61,382 bases of DNA. Origin: an uncultured Gammaproteobacteria bacterium. Lineage in GTDB: Bacteria > Patescibacteriota > Microgenomatia > UBA8517. Location: contig CAZSXP010000003.1 of the NCBI GenBank assembly GCA_964610395.1, forward strand, positions 5,719 to 67,100. The letters are read 5' to 3'. The position numbers were made by a program, and so were the translations under genes. The notes below the pieces were generated by a model. That model ran no database searches and was not told the DNA's origin. It was given only the letters and a program-made list of their open reading frames with translations. Shown here piece after piece: positions 8,343 through 18,659 of the stretch; within the stretch, counting starts at the first letter, position 1, and the number at the start of each line of letters is the position of its first letter.

Positions 8343-9937
8343 ATTATTATTACAGAAACTCCAATAGCTACTAAAGAAACTATATCAAAAAAGAGTCTCA
8401 TTGGCGACTCTTTGTATTCTACAATTATTACATGTTTACCACTAGGTACTGTAAATGAAATTTGCCCAAACGGCTTCCCTGCAATAATTTTTATTTTATT
8501 CCCATCAATCTTTGCAACAAATCCTGGATAATAATACTTATTATAATTTAGTTTAAATTCATTTTTGCTTTCTGTAGTAATTTTAGAATCGAGAGCATTT
8601 TTTTCTTCAATTTGAAGAGTTACCGTTAGATCATCTGTATACGCCCTTGGATAAAGTTTGTCTGGTCTAATTTCCGTTTCCTTTGGTAATCTTAAATATT
8701 CTTCTGAAGTTTTTAAATATTCTTCACTTGCAACAGGTACAGGAATATATCGATTTATATAATAACTATCATCTCTACCTAAATATTCACTCGTTTTAAA
8801 ATAATTAAAATTAAGGCCGATTGCAGCAATAATAATTACAAACGGAAGATATTTTAGCTGCTTCAGCTTTGAAAAAACAAGTAAAAACAACGGACTCATT
8901 AGCGTTATCATTGCTAAAAATCTCCATGGGAATTGAAAATAAGGAATGAGTGGAAGATTTCTCCAAAACCACGCCGATCTAAAATTCATCATAAACACAC
9001 TGAGTAGACATATTACTACTGCCCAACCGACAATAATTTTTTCTGCACTTGAAAGTTTTTTTCTATTAAAAAGAAATAATATTGACCCAAGAACAATAAC
9101 TATTATGTTAACCGCCCCCATGTAAAATGACATTGTATCGTAATTTCCTGGAACTGATGCACCATAGCCCCAATAAGGAGTAATAAATTGTTTTAAGGCG
9201 GGGTAATGGTCATAGAAATTAAAGACAGTATCATATTTCATTAAACTGCTCTCATAAATTGCAGTAACCCAAAAATACGATGAGAACAAAAGGCCTAGTA
9301 ATAAACCTTTCAAAGAAACCAAAAATGATCGATTAAGAATCGTAAACATTAACAAGAATGGTATGAACATATAAGCCATAATATTATGTGATAATATTAG
9401 ACCTGCGAAAGCTAAAGCTAGTACATATGGCTTCTTTTTTACTACGGAATAGATTATTAATGGGAAAAATACAAAGGCAACTATCTCCCCTATCGTTCCT
9501 CGTACAAACAATTCAAGGGCTCTGTAAGGTGCATATACATAAAGAACTGCACCAGCAAGTGAAAAGTCTTCTTTCATATAAAGACGGAGAAGTTTATACA
9601 TAAATAACATTGAAAAAGGAAGTGACAACCCAAACACTAATTTAACGCTATTTACCAGAGAAAATCCTACTAGATGAAAAATCTCAGCTATGTAAAAAGG
9701 TAAGGGGTAAACAAAACTAAATAAAGGATAACCAAAACCATATGACAGATCTGGGATATATCTTGGAGGAATTTGAAACATCCTTATTGCCCTATCCATC
9801 TCAAAAAGCCAACCAATGTGCAAATCATCTGAAACTCCAAAATAGCCGTTCACAAAAAGATATCTAACTGCGGGAATTGAAAGTATTAAAATTATATAAT
9901 AAAGATACTTTCCTATTAGTTTTCTAGTTTTTTCCAT
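8315..9937 (-). CDS. GT-C-like polytopic membrane protein (DDLH ... YFQFPWRFL family), copy 3 of a tandem triplet
   Basis: Motifs VSDDLHIGWLFEMDRAIRMFQIPPRYIPDLSYGFGYPLFSFVYPLPFY and YFQFPWRFL are shared with 9916..11487 and the C-terminal part of 11472..13889. Confidence 0.8.
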   Translation of the reverse strand: MEKTRKLIGKYLYYIILILSIPAVRYLFVNGYFGVSDDLHIGWLFEMDRAIRMFQIPPRYIPDLSYGFGYPLFSFVYPLPFYIAEIFHLVGFSLVNSVKLVFGLSLPFSMLFMYKLLRLYMKEDFSLAGAVLYVYAPYRALELFVRGTIGEIVAFVFFPLIIYSVVKKKPYVLALAFAGLILSHNIMAYMFIPFLLMFTILNRSFLVSLKGLLLGLLFSSYFWVTAIYESSLMKYDTVFNFYDHYPALKQFITPYWGYGASVPGNYDTMSFYMGAVNIIVIVLGSILFLFNRKKLSSAEKIIVGWAVVICLLSVFMMNFRSAWFWRNLPLIPYFQFPWRFLAMITLMSPLFLLVFSKLKQLKYLPFVIIIAAIGLNFNYFKTSEYLGRDDSYYINRYIPVPVASEEYLKTSEEYLRLPKETEIRPDKLYPRAYTDDLTVTLQIEEKNALDSKITTESKNEFKLNYNKYYYPGFVAKIDGNKIKIIAGKPFGQISFTVPSGKHVIIVEYKESPMRLFFDIVSLVAIGVSVIIICKKQYQQS

Positions 9938-11487
9938 AATATAAAACCAATCACACTAAGTAGCGTTATTGTGTTTGCAATTGTTCTAAGCGCTGTATTT
10001 TTAAACCTTCCAACTACATTATAACTTCCTTCAGGTAAAAAAACAGAAATTCTACCAAGAATATTATCATGCGTTAATGGGTAGACTTTTCCATTAACAG
10101 TTACTTCCCAATTAGGGAAATAATAGACAGGTATCTCAATTTGAGTTTCATAGGGAATATTTACATCAAGAGTAAATTTGTTACTTCGATAATTGAAATT
10201 GTTTAATTTTGGTGCAGCTTCTCTTGGTTCAAGTGCTGTTATTGGTAGATAGTCAAGAATTGCTCCTTTTCTTTGCTCTTCCCAAAGTTGGCCTGATAAT
10301 TTTTGTGTATCATTAATATTGTAAAATTCTCTTGGTTTAAAATAATTCCAGTTTAATATAACTGTTATAACTATTATTAAAGCGCATAAATATTTTTTGA
10401 ATTTTTCTTTAACAATTAAAACAACAAAACCGCCTAATATAGATGACGTTAAAATAGAAAGTGATAAAAATCTCCATGGGAATTGAAAATATTCTAAAAT
10501 ACTAAATTTTTCCCATATAAATGAAGATTTATTGTGAGTCATGAATATTGATAACAAAAATATTCCAGTAATTCCTGACACTAGAAATTTAGTCTTTTTA
10601 TCAAACTTCCCAATAAATATATAAATTACTGAAACAATTACTAATAACCAATGTGGCCACCCTATTTGAAAGTTCATCCCACCTTCTGGCCCTGGGATTG
10701 ATGTACCATACCCCCAAACTCTATCAAAAAATAATTGTCTTATACTTATAAAGTTAGCTCTAAAATCAAGTTCAAACCTTGTTAAACTTTGGGTTTGCAC
10801 TAAACCTTTTTCTAAAAATGCAGGTAAGATAAAAAAGGAAGATAGGCCAAAAGCAATAGCAAAAGTTATTATTACAGTTCGTAAATTATTCCAATAAATC
10901 ATCCATAATAAAATAACGGGGAGAAATATAATAGTCATTATGTTGTGTGTAATTAAAAATAAAAATAAAGTCAAAATGAAGAGCTTGTAATTCTTTTTGT
11001 AGCCAAAATATAAAACAAATGGAATTATGGTAAGTGCTATTGCTTCAGTTAGTGCACCCCTTACATAAATATCAAGAGCCTTGTATGGAGCAAAAAGATA
11101 CAAAATGCTAGACGTCAATCCAGCATATTTTCCCCATAAATCCTTAACCAATAAATAAATCCCATAGCTACCTAGAGTCAGGGCTACAAAAAATAAAAAC
11201 TTAGCTGTAGCTAAATAACCAATAAAAAAACTTACTATGCCACCAACATAATAGGTAAAAACTCCGTAGAAATTAAATAACGGCATACCATTTCCCCAAC
11301 CCATATCGGGAACCCAACGACAAGGAATTTGAAAATCAGAAAAACACTTTCTCATCTCTACAATGCGAATAATATGAAGATCGTCCTGATGAGAAAAATA
11401 ACCACCCCTCATCAAAGGCCATGAAACAGAAAGTCCAAAAATAAAAATTAGAATTGGTATCCAATATTTTTTCACAAACTTAACCAT
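9916..11487 (-). CDS. GT-C-like polytopic membrane protein (DDLH ... YFQFPWRFL family), copy 2
   Basis: Motifs HQDDLHIIRIVEMRKCFSDFQIPCRWVPDMGWGNGMPLFNFY and YFQFPWRFLSLSIL. Confidence 0.8.
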   Translation of the reverse strand: MVKFVKKYWIPILIFIFGLSVSWPLMRGGYFSHQDDLHIIRIVEMRKCFSDFQIPCRWVPDMGWGNGMPLFNFYGVFTYYVGGIVSFFIGYLATAKFLFFVALTLGSYGIYLLVKDLWGKYAGLTSSILYLFAPYKALDIYVRGALTEAIALTIIPFVLYFGYKKNYKLFILTLFLFLITHNIMTIIFLPVILLWMIYWNNLRTVIITFAIAFGLSSFFILPAFLEKGLVQTQSLTRFELDFRANFISIRQLFFDRVWGYGTSIPGPEGGMNFQIGWPHWLLVIVSVIYIFIGKFDKKTKFLVSGITGIFLLSIFMTHNKSSFIWEKFSILEYFQFPWRFLSLSILTSSILGGFVVLIVKEKFKKYLCALIIVITVILNWNYFKPREFYNINDTQKLSGQLWEEQRKGAILDYLPITALEPREAAPKLNNFNYRSNKFTLDVNIPYETQIEIPVYYFPNWEVTVNGKVYPLTHDNILGRISVFLPEGSYNVVGRFKNTALRTIANTITLLSVIGFILWKKLEN

Positions 11488-13889
11488 AATAATATTATTA
11501 TACTAATTATACTAACAAGTGATATTAAATTGCCTATTCTTCTAACTGGAGTGTCTGTTAAACGAACTTCAACCATATGGTTACCATCGGGTAATTTCAA
11601 AGAAATTAACCCGTAGCAAAACTCTTGCCCTCTGCAATCATTATTGTAATGCTCTACTTTTTTATTATCTACTTTAACCTGCATTCCTGGAAAATCATAA
11701 AGGGGTAAACGGATCGTTGCATCCTCTAATACCTCTACTTTCCCTGTTTGAAAATTACTTCCCTTTTTATAATCACTAAATAAAGCTTTTCCATCTAACA
11801 CTTCTGGTATCGGTGGTGCTTCTTTAATAGGAGGAAGAGTTGCGTAAATTGGTAAGTAATCAAAAATTGATATTGTCATTTGTTTTTGCCAACTTATTCC
11901 TGAAAATTTATCATTGTCTGTTATATCTAACCAATCTTTAGGAACGAAAAAGGAAATATTTAAAATAAACGAAGATACAATTAAAATTGTACCCAAAATA
12001 TATTTAAACCTACCAGAAAAATATATAAAAAATCCTGAAAGTAAACATAAAAGAAATATACTAATTGCCAAAAATCTCCAAGGAAACTGCAAATACCAAA
12101 GGAATGGTAACTTTGCCCAAATAAAACTTGATTTCATATGAATCATAAAGATACTTGCCAAAGTCATAAATCCAAGACCCAAGGTAAGTTGTGATTTTTC
12201 TTTGTTTTTCTTGAGTAGTAATAAAGCCAATACTATAGCCCCAATTCCAACTAACCACTGGACTATACCCAAAGATAAATTTAATTTTTCATTAGGAAAA
12301 CCTGATGACCCATACCCCCACTCACGAGAAATAAAAAGTTTATACAAGCTTACAAAATGAGCTCTATAATCAAAATATCCTGAAAGAACTGAATCAACAT
12401 GGGCGAACTTCTTCTCAAAAATTACAGGCAGTAAGAAAAAGGCAGAAAGTCCCACCCCAAGTACTCCAGCCCAAACTATTTTGCTTATATTTTTCCCCTT
12501 TTGCAAATATAACCAGTAAAGTGCCCATAAAATTGCAATTGGGGCAAATATCATAGTCATTAAGGAATGTGTTGTTGCAAGAAAACCGATGAAAATCGCC
12601 ATCAACACTATATAAATTATTTTTCCTGTCTTTACTAACTTATAAATAGACCAAAGTATTAGTGGAAAAAATATTTGTGCCCAAAATTCACTTAAAGCCC
12701 CTCTGACATATACTTCAACAGCTTTGTAGGGAATGTAAGTATATAAAATTGAAGCTACAAACCCCGACCATTTATTAGTTAACTCACTAACTAAAATATA
12801 CATAGCAATGGCTGACAAGACATAACCTACAATAAATAAAATTTTGACTACATCAATATATTGAATTCCTACTCTATGAAGCACTGCTCCAACGTAATAA
12901 GGGAGAGGTGGATAGTAATTAAATTGAGGATAACCATAAGCATAACCGGCATCAGGAACCCAGCGACATGGAATCTGGCCATCATCTAAACATTTATCAA
13001 GTTGTTGTACACGAAAAGCTTGTAAATCATCTTGCATCGGGAAAAAACCAGGTCGAAGTAGATTCCAAAACGCAGGAATTGTAAAAATAGCTACTAATAA
13101 TAACCATAAAAATATGTGCAGTTTTTGATATATCCAACTAATTATATATAAAATGTAATGCTTAAATAAACCATGGTAAGCAATACTAGATGGAATTAGT
13201 TTCTTCCATTGATTTTTTTCATCAGCTAATTGTTTAAATGATTCCCCATGATAGTGAGTAATAACTGAAGTTGGCAAATAATAAACTTTAAGCCCTTTTT
13301 TCTTTACTTCTCTACAATAATCCAGATCTTCAAAATATGAAACATATTTTTCACTTAAATTTCCTATTAATTTATATGCCTTTGGAGTAATTAAAAACGA
13401 AGCACCCACAACAGCATCAACAACAATCGGTTCTTTAGATTTTGGTGCAAATTTTTTGTAATTAATTACATTCCAAATACTAGGAAAATTATAGCAAGAT
13501 GCTTGTAATGTACCATCACTATTTACAAGTTTGCTTCCAACAATCCCAGCTTCTTTTGTTTTTTCTGCAAATTCAACTAAATTATCTAAGGCATTTCTGT
13601 GTACTAAAGTATCACTATTTAATAACAATTTATATTCACCTACTGATTCTTTTAATCCTAAATTATTTGTTTTTACATATCCTTGATTTTTATCTACTAA
13701 TATAACTTTTAAGTTATTAAAACTTTTTTCTAATACCTTTAGTTTTTGTCCTGATTTATCGGGTGATGCATCATCAACAGCAATTACCTCAAATGGAAAC
13801 TTAGGTTTATGTTTGTAGATTGATTCTATACAAGTCTTTGTCAGACCATATGTCTTATAATTACCTATTACTATGGAAAGTTTAATCAT
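11472..13889 (-). CDS. Fusion protein: N-terminal GT2 (GT-A) glycosyltransferase plus C-terminal GT-C-like membrane domain (copy 1 of the triplet)
   Basis: The N-terminus has LSIVIGNYKTYG...AVDDASPDKS...LLLNSDT...FEDLDYC (GT2). From about aa 260 it has MQDDLQAFRVQQLDKCLDDGQIPCRWVPDAGYAYGYPQFNYYPPLPYY and YLQFPWRFLAISIF. Confidence 0.85.
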   Translation of the reverse strand: MIKLSIVIGNYKTYGLTKTCIESIYKHKPKFPFEVIAVDDASPDKSGQKLKVLEKSFNNLKVILVDKNQGYVKTNNLGLKESVGEYKLLLNSDTLVHRNALDNLVEFAEKTKEAGIVGSKLVNSDGTLQASCYNFPSIWNVINYKKFAPKSKEPIVVDAVVGASFLITPKAYKLIGNLSEKYVSYFEDLDYCREVKKKGLKVYYLPTSVITHYHGESFKQLADEKNQWKKLIPSSIAYHGLFKHYILYIISWIYQKLHIFLWLLLVAIFTIPAFWNLLRPGFFPMQDDLQAFRVQQLDKCLDDGQIPCRWVPDAGYAYGYPQFNYYPPLPYYVGAVLHRVGIQYIDVVKILFIVGYVLSAIAMYILVSELTNKWSGFVASILYTYIPYKAVEVYVRGALSEFWAQIFFPLILWSIYKLVKTGKIIYIVLMAIFIGFLATTHSLMTMIFAPIAILWALYWLYLQKGKNISKIVWAGVLGVGLSAFFLLPVIFEKKFAHVDSVLSGYFDYRAHFVSLYKLFISREWGYGSSGFPNEKLNLSLGIVQWLVGIGAIVLALLLLKKNKEKSQLTLGLGFMTLASIFMIHMKSSFIWAKLPFLWYLQFPWRFLAISIFLLCLLSGFFIYFSGRFKYILGTILIVSSFILNISFFVPKDWLDITDNDKFSGISWQKQMTISIFDYLPIYATLPPIKEAPPIPEVLDGKALFSDYKKGSNFQTGKVEVLEDATIRLPLYDFPGMQVKVDNKKVEHYNNDCRGQEFCYGLISLKLPDGNHMVEVRLTDTPVRRIGNLISLVSIISIIILLWLSL

Positions 13890-14779
13890 TGATACTTTTG
13901 GAAAACTGCCTCGTCACTGACAACACATTCTTTTATTTCTTTACGTCTTGCTTTAATAACTAAGCCCAATTTTAGTAACGACATAAAGACAATTCGAATA
14001 TATCCTGGATTTTTTAATATTCTTTTAAATAAACCGTTTAGATGCTTATTAAACATTGCTTTACTGTGTAGATTTTTCCAAAGCATTAATAATTGATTTC
14101 TTTCCCTAATTCTATCTACGTATTTTTTTGGTAACTTTAAAGATGTTGATTCATGATTATGTATAACTTTTCCAAAAGGACTCCACAGGTTTGTGTAGCC
14201 TCTCTTCGATGCTCTAAAACAAAGGTCAATATCTTCCCAGTAAAAAGGGGAAAGTAGCTTTTCATCCATACCACCTAATTCTTGCCATATTGTTTTTCTA
14301 AATAATCCTGCAGCTCCACTGACATAGAAAGTGAGTTCTACTTTCTCACTTTCTTTTTTAGTAAAACTAATATCAATTATTCCATCTTTAAAACTAGCAC
14401 TAGATGCTCCATGTCCTTTTTCGTGTAAGGATACGGCAAAAACACTATTATCTATAAATAACTTTTCAACATTTTCTAAAAAATCTATTTTTGGTTTAAC
14501 ATCATTATTTAAAAGTAATATTAAATCACCTTTGGTTGCCCTTGCTCCAATGTTAACTGCTGCTGAAAATCCCCTATTCTTCGTATGTTTTATTAATTTA
14601 AACTGATCTTTGAAATTTTGGTTTAAGTAACTGACACTATCATCAGTTGAACCATTATCTACTATTACAAGTTCACAAATATTATTTTTAAGGTTATTCA
14701 TGGCCTCAATAACACTAGGTAGGTTCTTTTCTAAAAGATCCTTACCATTATAATTTGGGATAACAATAGATATTTTCAT
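13886..14779 (-). CDS. Glycosyltransferase family 2
   Basis: KISIVIPNYNG...VDNGSTDDS...LLLNNDV...YWEDIDLCFRA. It has a 4-nt overlap with the downstream gene. Confidence 0.9.
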   Translation of the reverse strand: MKISIVIPNYNGKDLLEKNLPSVIEAMNNLKNNICELVIVDNGSTDDSVSYLNQNFKDQFKLIKHTKNRGFSAAVNIGARATKGDLILLLNNDVKPKIDFLENVEKLFIDNSVFAVSLHEKGHGASSASFKDGIIDISFTKKESEKVELTFYVSGAAGLFRKTIWQELGGMDEKLLSPFYWEDIDLCFRASKRGYTNLWSPFGKVIHNHESTSLKLPKKYVDRIRERNQLLMLWKNLHSKAMFNKHLNGLFKRILKNPGYIRIVFMSLLKLGLVIKARRKEIKECVVSDEAVFQKYQ

Positions 14780-14780
14780 A

Positions 14781-15431
14781 TTATATTTTTTTGACCTTGA
14801 CTAAGTGTAACATCCCTAAATTAAATTTCTTGTCTACTTTTAGTTCAAAACCTGCTTTTTTAGATGCTTTTGGCAGATAATTATCTCTGTATGTTTGAAT
14901 ATGGGTTTCTCTCCAAACCCAACCCCTTGGATAAAAATGTAACCACAACCACCAAACAATTTTAAACAAATTATTATCAGAAGGAACTAAAAATACACCA
15001 TAACCTCCTTTTTTCATAACTCTCTTAAATTCTTTTAAAACCTTTGTGGGATTAGCTACATGTTCCAATGCCTCCAAACAAAAAACTGCATCAAAAGAAT
15101 TTGATTCAAACGGAAGTTCATGTGCATCACCAACAATAAACTCCATCTTTTTATTACTTTTCCAATGTTTTTTAGCCCAATCAACTGAAGTTTTAACAAT
15201 ATCTAATCCAATAAGACTTTTAGCTTTTGATTTTTTAAAAATAATACTTGAAAATACTCCATCAGCACAACCAACATCTAATACCAAATCAGCTGGAGTT
15301 ATCACCTTTTTAATTTCTCTAAATCTTGTAGTATGCCAATATTTTTGTAATGGATCTTTTCTTAAACTTTCAAAATACCAGTTTGCAGGAACATGCGCAT
15401 GTAAATCTTCGCCTATCTTTTTAGTATTCAT
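14781..15431 (-). CDS. Class I SAM-dependent methyltransferase
   Basis: Motif I VLDVGCADGVF, plus FDAVFCLEALEHV and the post-I/II pattern. Confidence 0.85.
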   Translation of the reverse strand: MNTKKIGEDLHAHVPANWYFESLRKDPLQKYWHTTRFREIKKVITPADLVLDVGCADGVFSSIIFKKSKAKSLIGLDIVKTSVDWAKKHWKSNKKMEFIVGDAHELPFESNSFDAVFCLEALEHVANPTKVLKEFKRVMKKGGYGVFLVPSDNNLFKIVWWLWLHFYPRGWVWRETHIQTYRDNYLPKASKKAGFELKVDKKFNLGMLHLVKVKKI

Positions 15432-15437
15432 GTTTTT

Positions 15438-16979
15438 TTAAATTTTTATTCTTTTTTGAACTACTATTTCTCCGAAAGATTTTCCTTCAACCATTTTAGT
15501 ATCAACATCTTCTTCACCAATTGTTTCTGGTAAATATCTAGCAGGTATACCTGCCATAGGTTCAATTATTAGAAATGATGTATCAAGAGGACTGTCAATT
15601 CTTTCTAAACTATCAAGCTGCCCTATTTGATCTTTACCGTGCCAGTAAGGAGCGTATCCGTAAGTGTTCACTCCATACCAGTTATATAGGTATGTCCAAA
15701 CAATATTTATCCAAAGAGGAGATGTCAAACTATTAATACTAAATGGTTTTCCATCGGCTAATTGATATGTATAGTCAATTGCATTAATTTGTTTTGATAA
15801 AAGCATATCTTTCTGTATAGAAAAAAGAGTTGACCCTGATTTGTTCTGAGAAAAAATAAAACTTAAATTTCCATAAATTATTATTAATAAAATTAGAACA
15901 GCAAAAACTCTTTTTTTGTTAAATAGTTTATATATATAAAAACCCAACATCAAAGATACAGCGGGTCCAATCCCAACCATTAAAAAAGGAGTTGATGTTC
16001 CACCAACAGTAACAACAGATAAATGAGAAAATAACCAAACAGCGAGAAACGCAGGATATGGATTTTTCTTGGCGTTGATTAAAGAGTAGACACCAAGAAC
16101 AATAATAGTTACTCCGCCATATCCAATATTTCCAGGATAGGTATTAAAGGCAAAAATTCGACCTATTTGATTTAAATAAAGAATTAGATAATCACCGACA
16201 GACTTTGCATATGCCAAATTTCCTCCACTTGTTACAGCTAGTGATTTTATAGCAGATAAACTATTAAAACCAAATTTAAATTCACAGAGGATAAGACTAA
16301 AAGTTGTAAAGACTAAAAATCCAAAAAAATAAGCAAAGCTTTTTTTAGTAATACTTTTGTTATAAATCGTCAACCATATCACAAGAGGAACAATATGGTA
16401 GGCAAGAAATATTTCTGCTTGTATAGAAAGACCTAACCCAACTGCTGCTAGAATTGGACCAATTATTGACTTTTTTTGATTTATTGGAAAGATCCAAATC
16501 CATAATCCTAAATACATTAAAGGAACTGTCCAGACTGCGATTGTCGGATTACTAAGCCACGTTGCATATTGAGTTGATTCAAATGAAATAGCAAATAAAA
16601 AGGATGATAAAATAGCAATCCACGAATTCTTCGTTGCCAGCTTCGCTATAAAAAAGATAATAACTACTGCCAGTGAATTTAAAAATGCTAAATAATATGC
16701 TGTAACAATAGGACTTCCATCGCCTATTAAATAAGCGGGTGCTAATAAGTAATAATAAAAAACACCATGAAAAAGCCCTGGAGCTGAAGATGGTGGTCCT
16801 TGGATTTTAATATCTCCTGAAATGATTTGTTTGCTAATTAATGCATCTCTTGCTTGGTCATATCCAAAAGTTAATGCATTGTTTTGCAAAAACAATACTC
16901 TTAAAAAAAATGCAATTACAAATATTGCAATTAATAAGACACTATATAATTTTTCTGATTTCATTTTTAAATTCTTCAT
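15438..16979 (-). CDS. GT-C-like membrane glycosyltransferase, ArnT-like (YDQARDA family); paralog of 26660..28138 and 29105..30553
   Basis: TM1 is followed by FGYDQARDALISKQII...IQGPPSSAPGLFHGVFYYYLLAPAY. The same architecture occurs in the two paralogs. The start (16979 or 16964) is chosen inside tracked ORF 15438..17009. Confidence 0.8.
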   Translation of the reverse strand: MKNLKMKSEKLYSVLLIAIFVIAFFLRVLFLQNNALTFGYDQARDALISKQIISGDIKIQGPPSSAPGLFHGVFYYYLLAPAYLIGDGSPIVTAYYLAFLNSLAVVIIFFIAKLATKNSWIAILSSFLFAISFESTQYATWLSNPTIAVWTVPLMYLGLWIWIFPINQKKSIIGPILAAVGLGLSIQAEIFLAYHIVPLVIWLTIYNKSITKKSFAYFFGFLVFTTFSLILCEFKFGFNSLSAIKSLAVTSGGNLAYAKSVGDYLILYLNQIGRIFAFNTYPGNIGYGGVTIIVLGVYSLINAKKNPYPAFLAVWLFSHLSVVTVGGTSTPFLMVGIGPAVSLMLGFYIYKLFNKKRVFAVLILLIIIYGNLSFIFSQNKSGSTLFSIQKDMLLSKQINAIDYTYQLADGKPFSINSLTSPLWINIVWTYLYNWYGVNTYGYAPYWHGKDQIGQLDSLERIDSPLDTSFLIIEPMAGIPARYLPETIGEEDVDTKMVEGKSFGEIVVQKRIKI

Positions 16980-17976
16980 AGCTATATTTTTTTGACGAAT
17001 TAATTGCATTTTTAGAAATTGCTTTTAACAATCCTTTTTCTTTAATTATTTTTTTGGTTAATTCTAAAAGATCTTTTTTATTATTCCACAAAAAACCATT
17101 TTTGTTATGATCAATAATTTCTTTGTGTCCACCCGCATTATAAGCAACAGCTACACAGCCTGCAGACATCGATTCAACTAAAGTGATGCCGAAGTGTTCC
17201 ACTTTTTCAGGATTTTTTATTTCATCAACATTAAATCCTGAGCCAGACCAAAATATTTTTGATTTACCGAATATATTTTTTAAAATATCAACAGTGGGAC
17301 TTTCTACAAATTCTATATTATAACCACTGCTCATTTTCTTTAATCTCTTAAGATAATCAGTTGAGCCTATTTCAGTTCCACCAGCTAAAACTAATTTCCA
17401 TTCCTTAAACTTTTTGTCTTTGGTAAATATTTTAAATTGTTTAATTAAAATTTCATGCCCTTTATTTTGTGTTAATTCAGAAAAACGGCTGACATAACAT
17501 ATTTGATTAATTTTTCTTTTTGCTTTATATAAATCTAACGCAACAGGTGGATAAAGAACAACAGAATTTATTCCATATTCTTTATCAACTACCTTTTTGG
17601 TAAAGTAAGAATTACAAATTACTTTTTCTATCCTAAATAATTTCATTCGATTTAATAATGAATTTCCGTTAACATCATGAAATGGAACCTGAAAATGAAG
17701 ATAATTTCTTCTAGACCTTAGAGTAGGAATACTACCGTCTGTCACCCAAAAACAAATATCATAACCTTCTCCCCGATTGATACTATCAACAATATTAATG
17801 TTATTTGGCAATTTTAATCCAAACCTTTTTGAAAGTTTTTCCTTTATTGCTTTATCTTTCCATTCAATATCAACATCATATCCCTCTTCTGCTAATACTT
17901 TAGCAAAAGTTAATGTATAACGTTCTCCTCCACCTAAAGTATCTAGGTATGGATTGTAGATAGCTGCTTTTCCCAT
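16942..17976 (-). CDS. Glycosyltransferase family 4 (GT-B)
   Basis: C-terminal EHFGITLVESMSAGCVAVAYNAGGHKEII is the E-x7-E GT4 signature. The N-terminus has LGGGERY. Confidence 0.9.
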   Translation of the reverse strand: MGKAAIYNPYLDTLGGGERYTLTFAKVLAEEGYDVDIEWKDKAIKEKLSKRFGLKLPNNINIVDSINRGEGYDICFWVTDGSIPTLRSRRNYLHFQVPFHDVNGNSLLNRMKLFRIEKVICNSYFTKKVVDKEYGINSVVLYPPVALDLYKAKRKINQICYVSRFSELTQNKGHEILIKQFKIFTKDKKFKEWKLVLAGGTEIGSTDYLKRLKKMSSGYNIEFVESPTVDILKNIFGKSKIFWSGSGFNVDEIKNPEKVEHFGITLVESMSAGCVAVAYNAGGHKEIIDHNKNGFLWNNKKDLLELTKKIIKEKGLLKAISKNAINSSKKYSYEEFKNEIRKII

Positions 17977-18659
17977 AATTTTGCGTAGCTTATCAATTTA
18001 CTATAAATTTGATATATTCCATAAATTAGACCCTCTTTTCCATCTAAAAATGCTTTTTGTTTAACAAATCTTAATATAAATTCACGAATCCCAGCAGAAG
18101 CGAACCTTATAAAATTCATTTTTGGATGATTATTTTTAAACATCAGTAAGCTTTCAATTTCAGACCACTTGTTTGTTTTTTCAACCATCTCACTTATTGT
18201 CATATTTTTGTGATGAATCATTGGATTTTTAAGGTGTCCAATCTCACCCTCATATAGAGGCTCTTCATGAACTGTACCTGTCCATTTTTTAAGTGCAGTT
18301 CGTTTAAACAATCTTTTTTGATAATCTGGATATTGGCCAGAATACTTAAATTCTTTATTAAATATTATGTTTCTTCTTGGAATTGCATATGCACTATTTA
18401 TTAATTCTTCATTCTTAACTATTAATTCAATCTCCTTTTGGAGATTGTTAGTTACTTCTTCATCACTATCTACATATAAAATCCACTCACCTTTTGACTT
18501 TTTTAATCCTTCATTTCTCCAATCACTAAAACTTCCTTTAATCCCATTAATTAAAACTAATTCATCGCACCAAGAAACTGATTTTTTAGCAATTTCCAAC
18601 AACTTTTTGTCATAATTTCCTCCATAGATAATAATTGCTGATATTATTTTTTTGTCCAT
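17943..18659 (-). CDS. Glycosyltransferase family 2 (paralog of 19552..20463)
   Basis: The internal start MDKKIISAIIIYGG is preferred. It has DSDEE and AIPRRNIIFNKEFKYSGQYPDYQKRLFKR, compare RIPRKNIIFGKWMKHSGWWPDYNIRFFKK in 19552..20463. Confidence 0.85.
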   Translation of the reverse strand: MDKKIISAIIIYGGNYDKKLLEIAKKSVSWCDELVLINGIKGSFSDWRNEGLKKSKGEWILYVDSDEEVTNNLQKEIELIVKNEELINSAYAIPRRNIIFNKEFKYSGQYPDYQKRLFKRTALKKWTGTVHEEPLYEGEIGHLKNPMIHHKNMTISEMVEKTNKWSEIESLLMFKNNHPKMNFIRFASAGIREFILRFVKQKAFLDGKEGLIYGIYQIYSKLISYAKLWEKQLSTIHT

